Source: a virus (taxonomy: Duplodnaviria; Caudoviricetes). Taken from it: a stretch of DNA of 56,707 nucleotides. The stretch is taken from IMG/VR virus record IMGVR_UViG_3300044620_000273, positions 1 to 56,707 of that record; one strand, written 5' to 3'. The notes beneath the pieces are model-generated. The model was not told the DNA's origin. It worked only from the letters and a program-made list of their open reading frames with translations, and did no database searches. The translations under genes and the position numbers were made by a program. Below, one piece after another: positions 56,539 to 56,707 of the stretch. Every line of letters starts with the position of its first letter. Positions within the stretch are counted from its first letter, which is position 1.

Positions 56539-56707
56539 ATGAGCAGCTTCGCCGTAAAACCCGTCTGGGACAAGAAACGTCCGAAGGATCTCGGCAAGCC
56601 GAAAGACTTGTCAGTTAAGCGCAAGGCCGCCGCAAAACGTCGCGCCAAAGCCGCTGGACGACCCTATCCAAATTTAATCGACAATATGGCTGCGGCCCGC
56701 AAGAAAG
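56539..56707 (+). CDS. Small basic protein (58 aa; wraps to stop at 133-135)
   Basis: MSSFAVKPVWDKKRPK..AGRPYPNLIDNMAAARKKGK, in frame across the terminal repeat. Confidence 0.7.
   Translation, partial: MSSFAVKPVWDKKRPKDLGKPKDLSVKRKAAAKRRAKAAGRPYPNLIDNMAAARKK
56581..56707. repeat. Terminal direct repeat copy
   Basis: Identical to 1-127. Confidence 0.95.

Overview
The window appears to be a complete, circularly assembled dsDNA tailed-phage genome of about 56,580 bp; bases 1-127 repeat exactly at 56581-56707. A GapR/DUF2312-like gene suggests an alphaproteobacterial host. The layout is podovirus-like, with two divergent arms. The + strand late arm (about 45.8 kb through the wrap to 29.9 kb) encodes TerS, TerL, portal, a GroES-like protein, scaffold, capsid, basic core proteins, adaptors, two S74-chaperone tail fibres, a lysis/membrane cluster with a GH19 endolysin, and putative ejected proteins. 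The - strand early arm (45.5 to 29.8 kb) encodes many small proteins, a Cro-like HTH, primase-helicase, a DUF2800 nuclease, a DUF2815 SSB, GapR, family A DNA polymerase, VRR-NUC and an SNF2 helicase. I saw no integrase, tRNA, CRISPR array or reverse transcriptase. Most notable observations: (1) five early genes share a leader (ATCAGCAAC..GGAG), and a 24-bp hairpin upstream of the HTH/DNA polymerase genes carries the antisense of that leader in its loop and can also pair with its own downstream start codon, a candidate RNA-RNA timing switch; (2) a putative virion-injected protein with an Ogg/HhH-GPD glycosylase-like motif; (3) a shared [FYM]xxGG tag in five unrelated virion proteins; (4) a mirror-symmetric GCAGCAT array at the divergence point, a candidate origin. 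All protein family assignments come from motif recognition by eye, not database searches.
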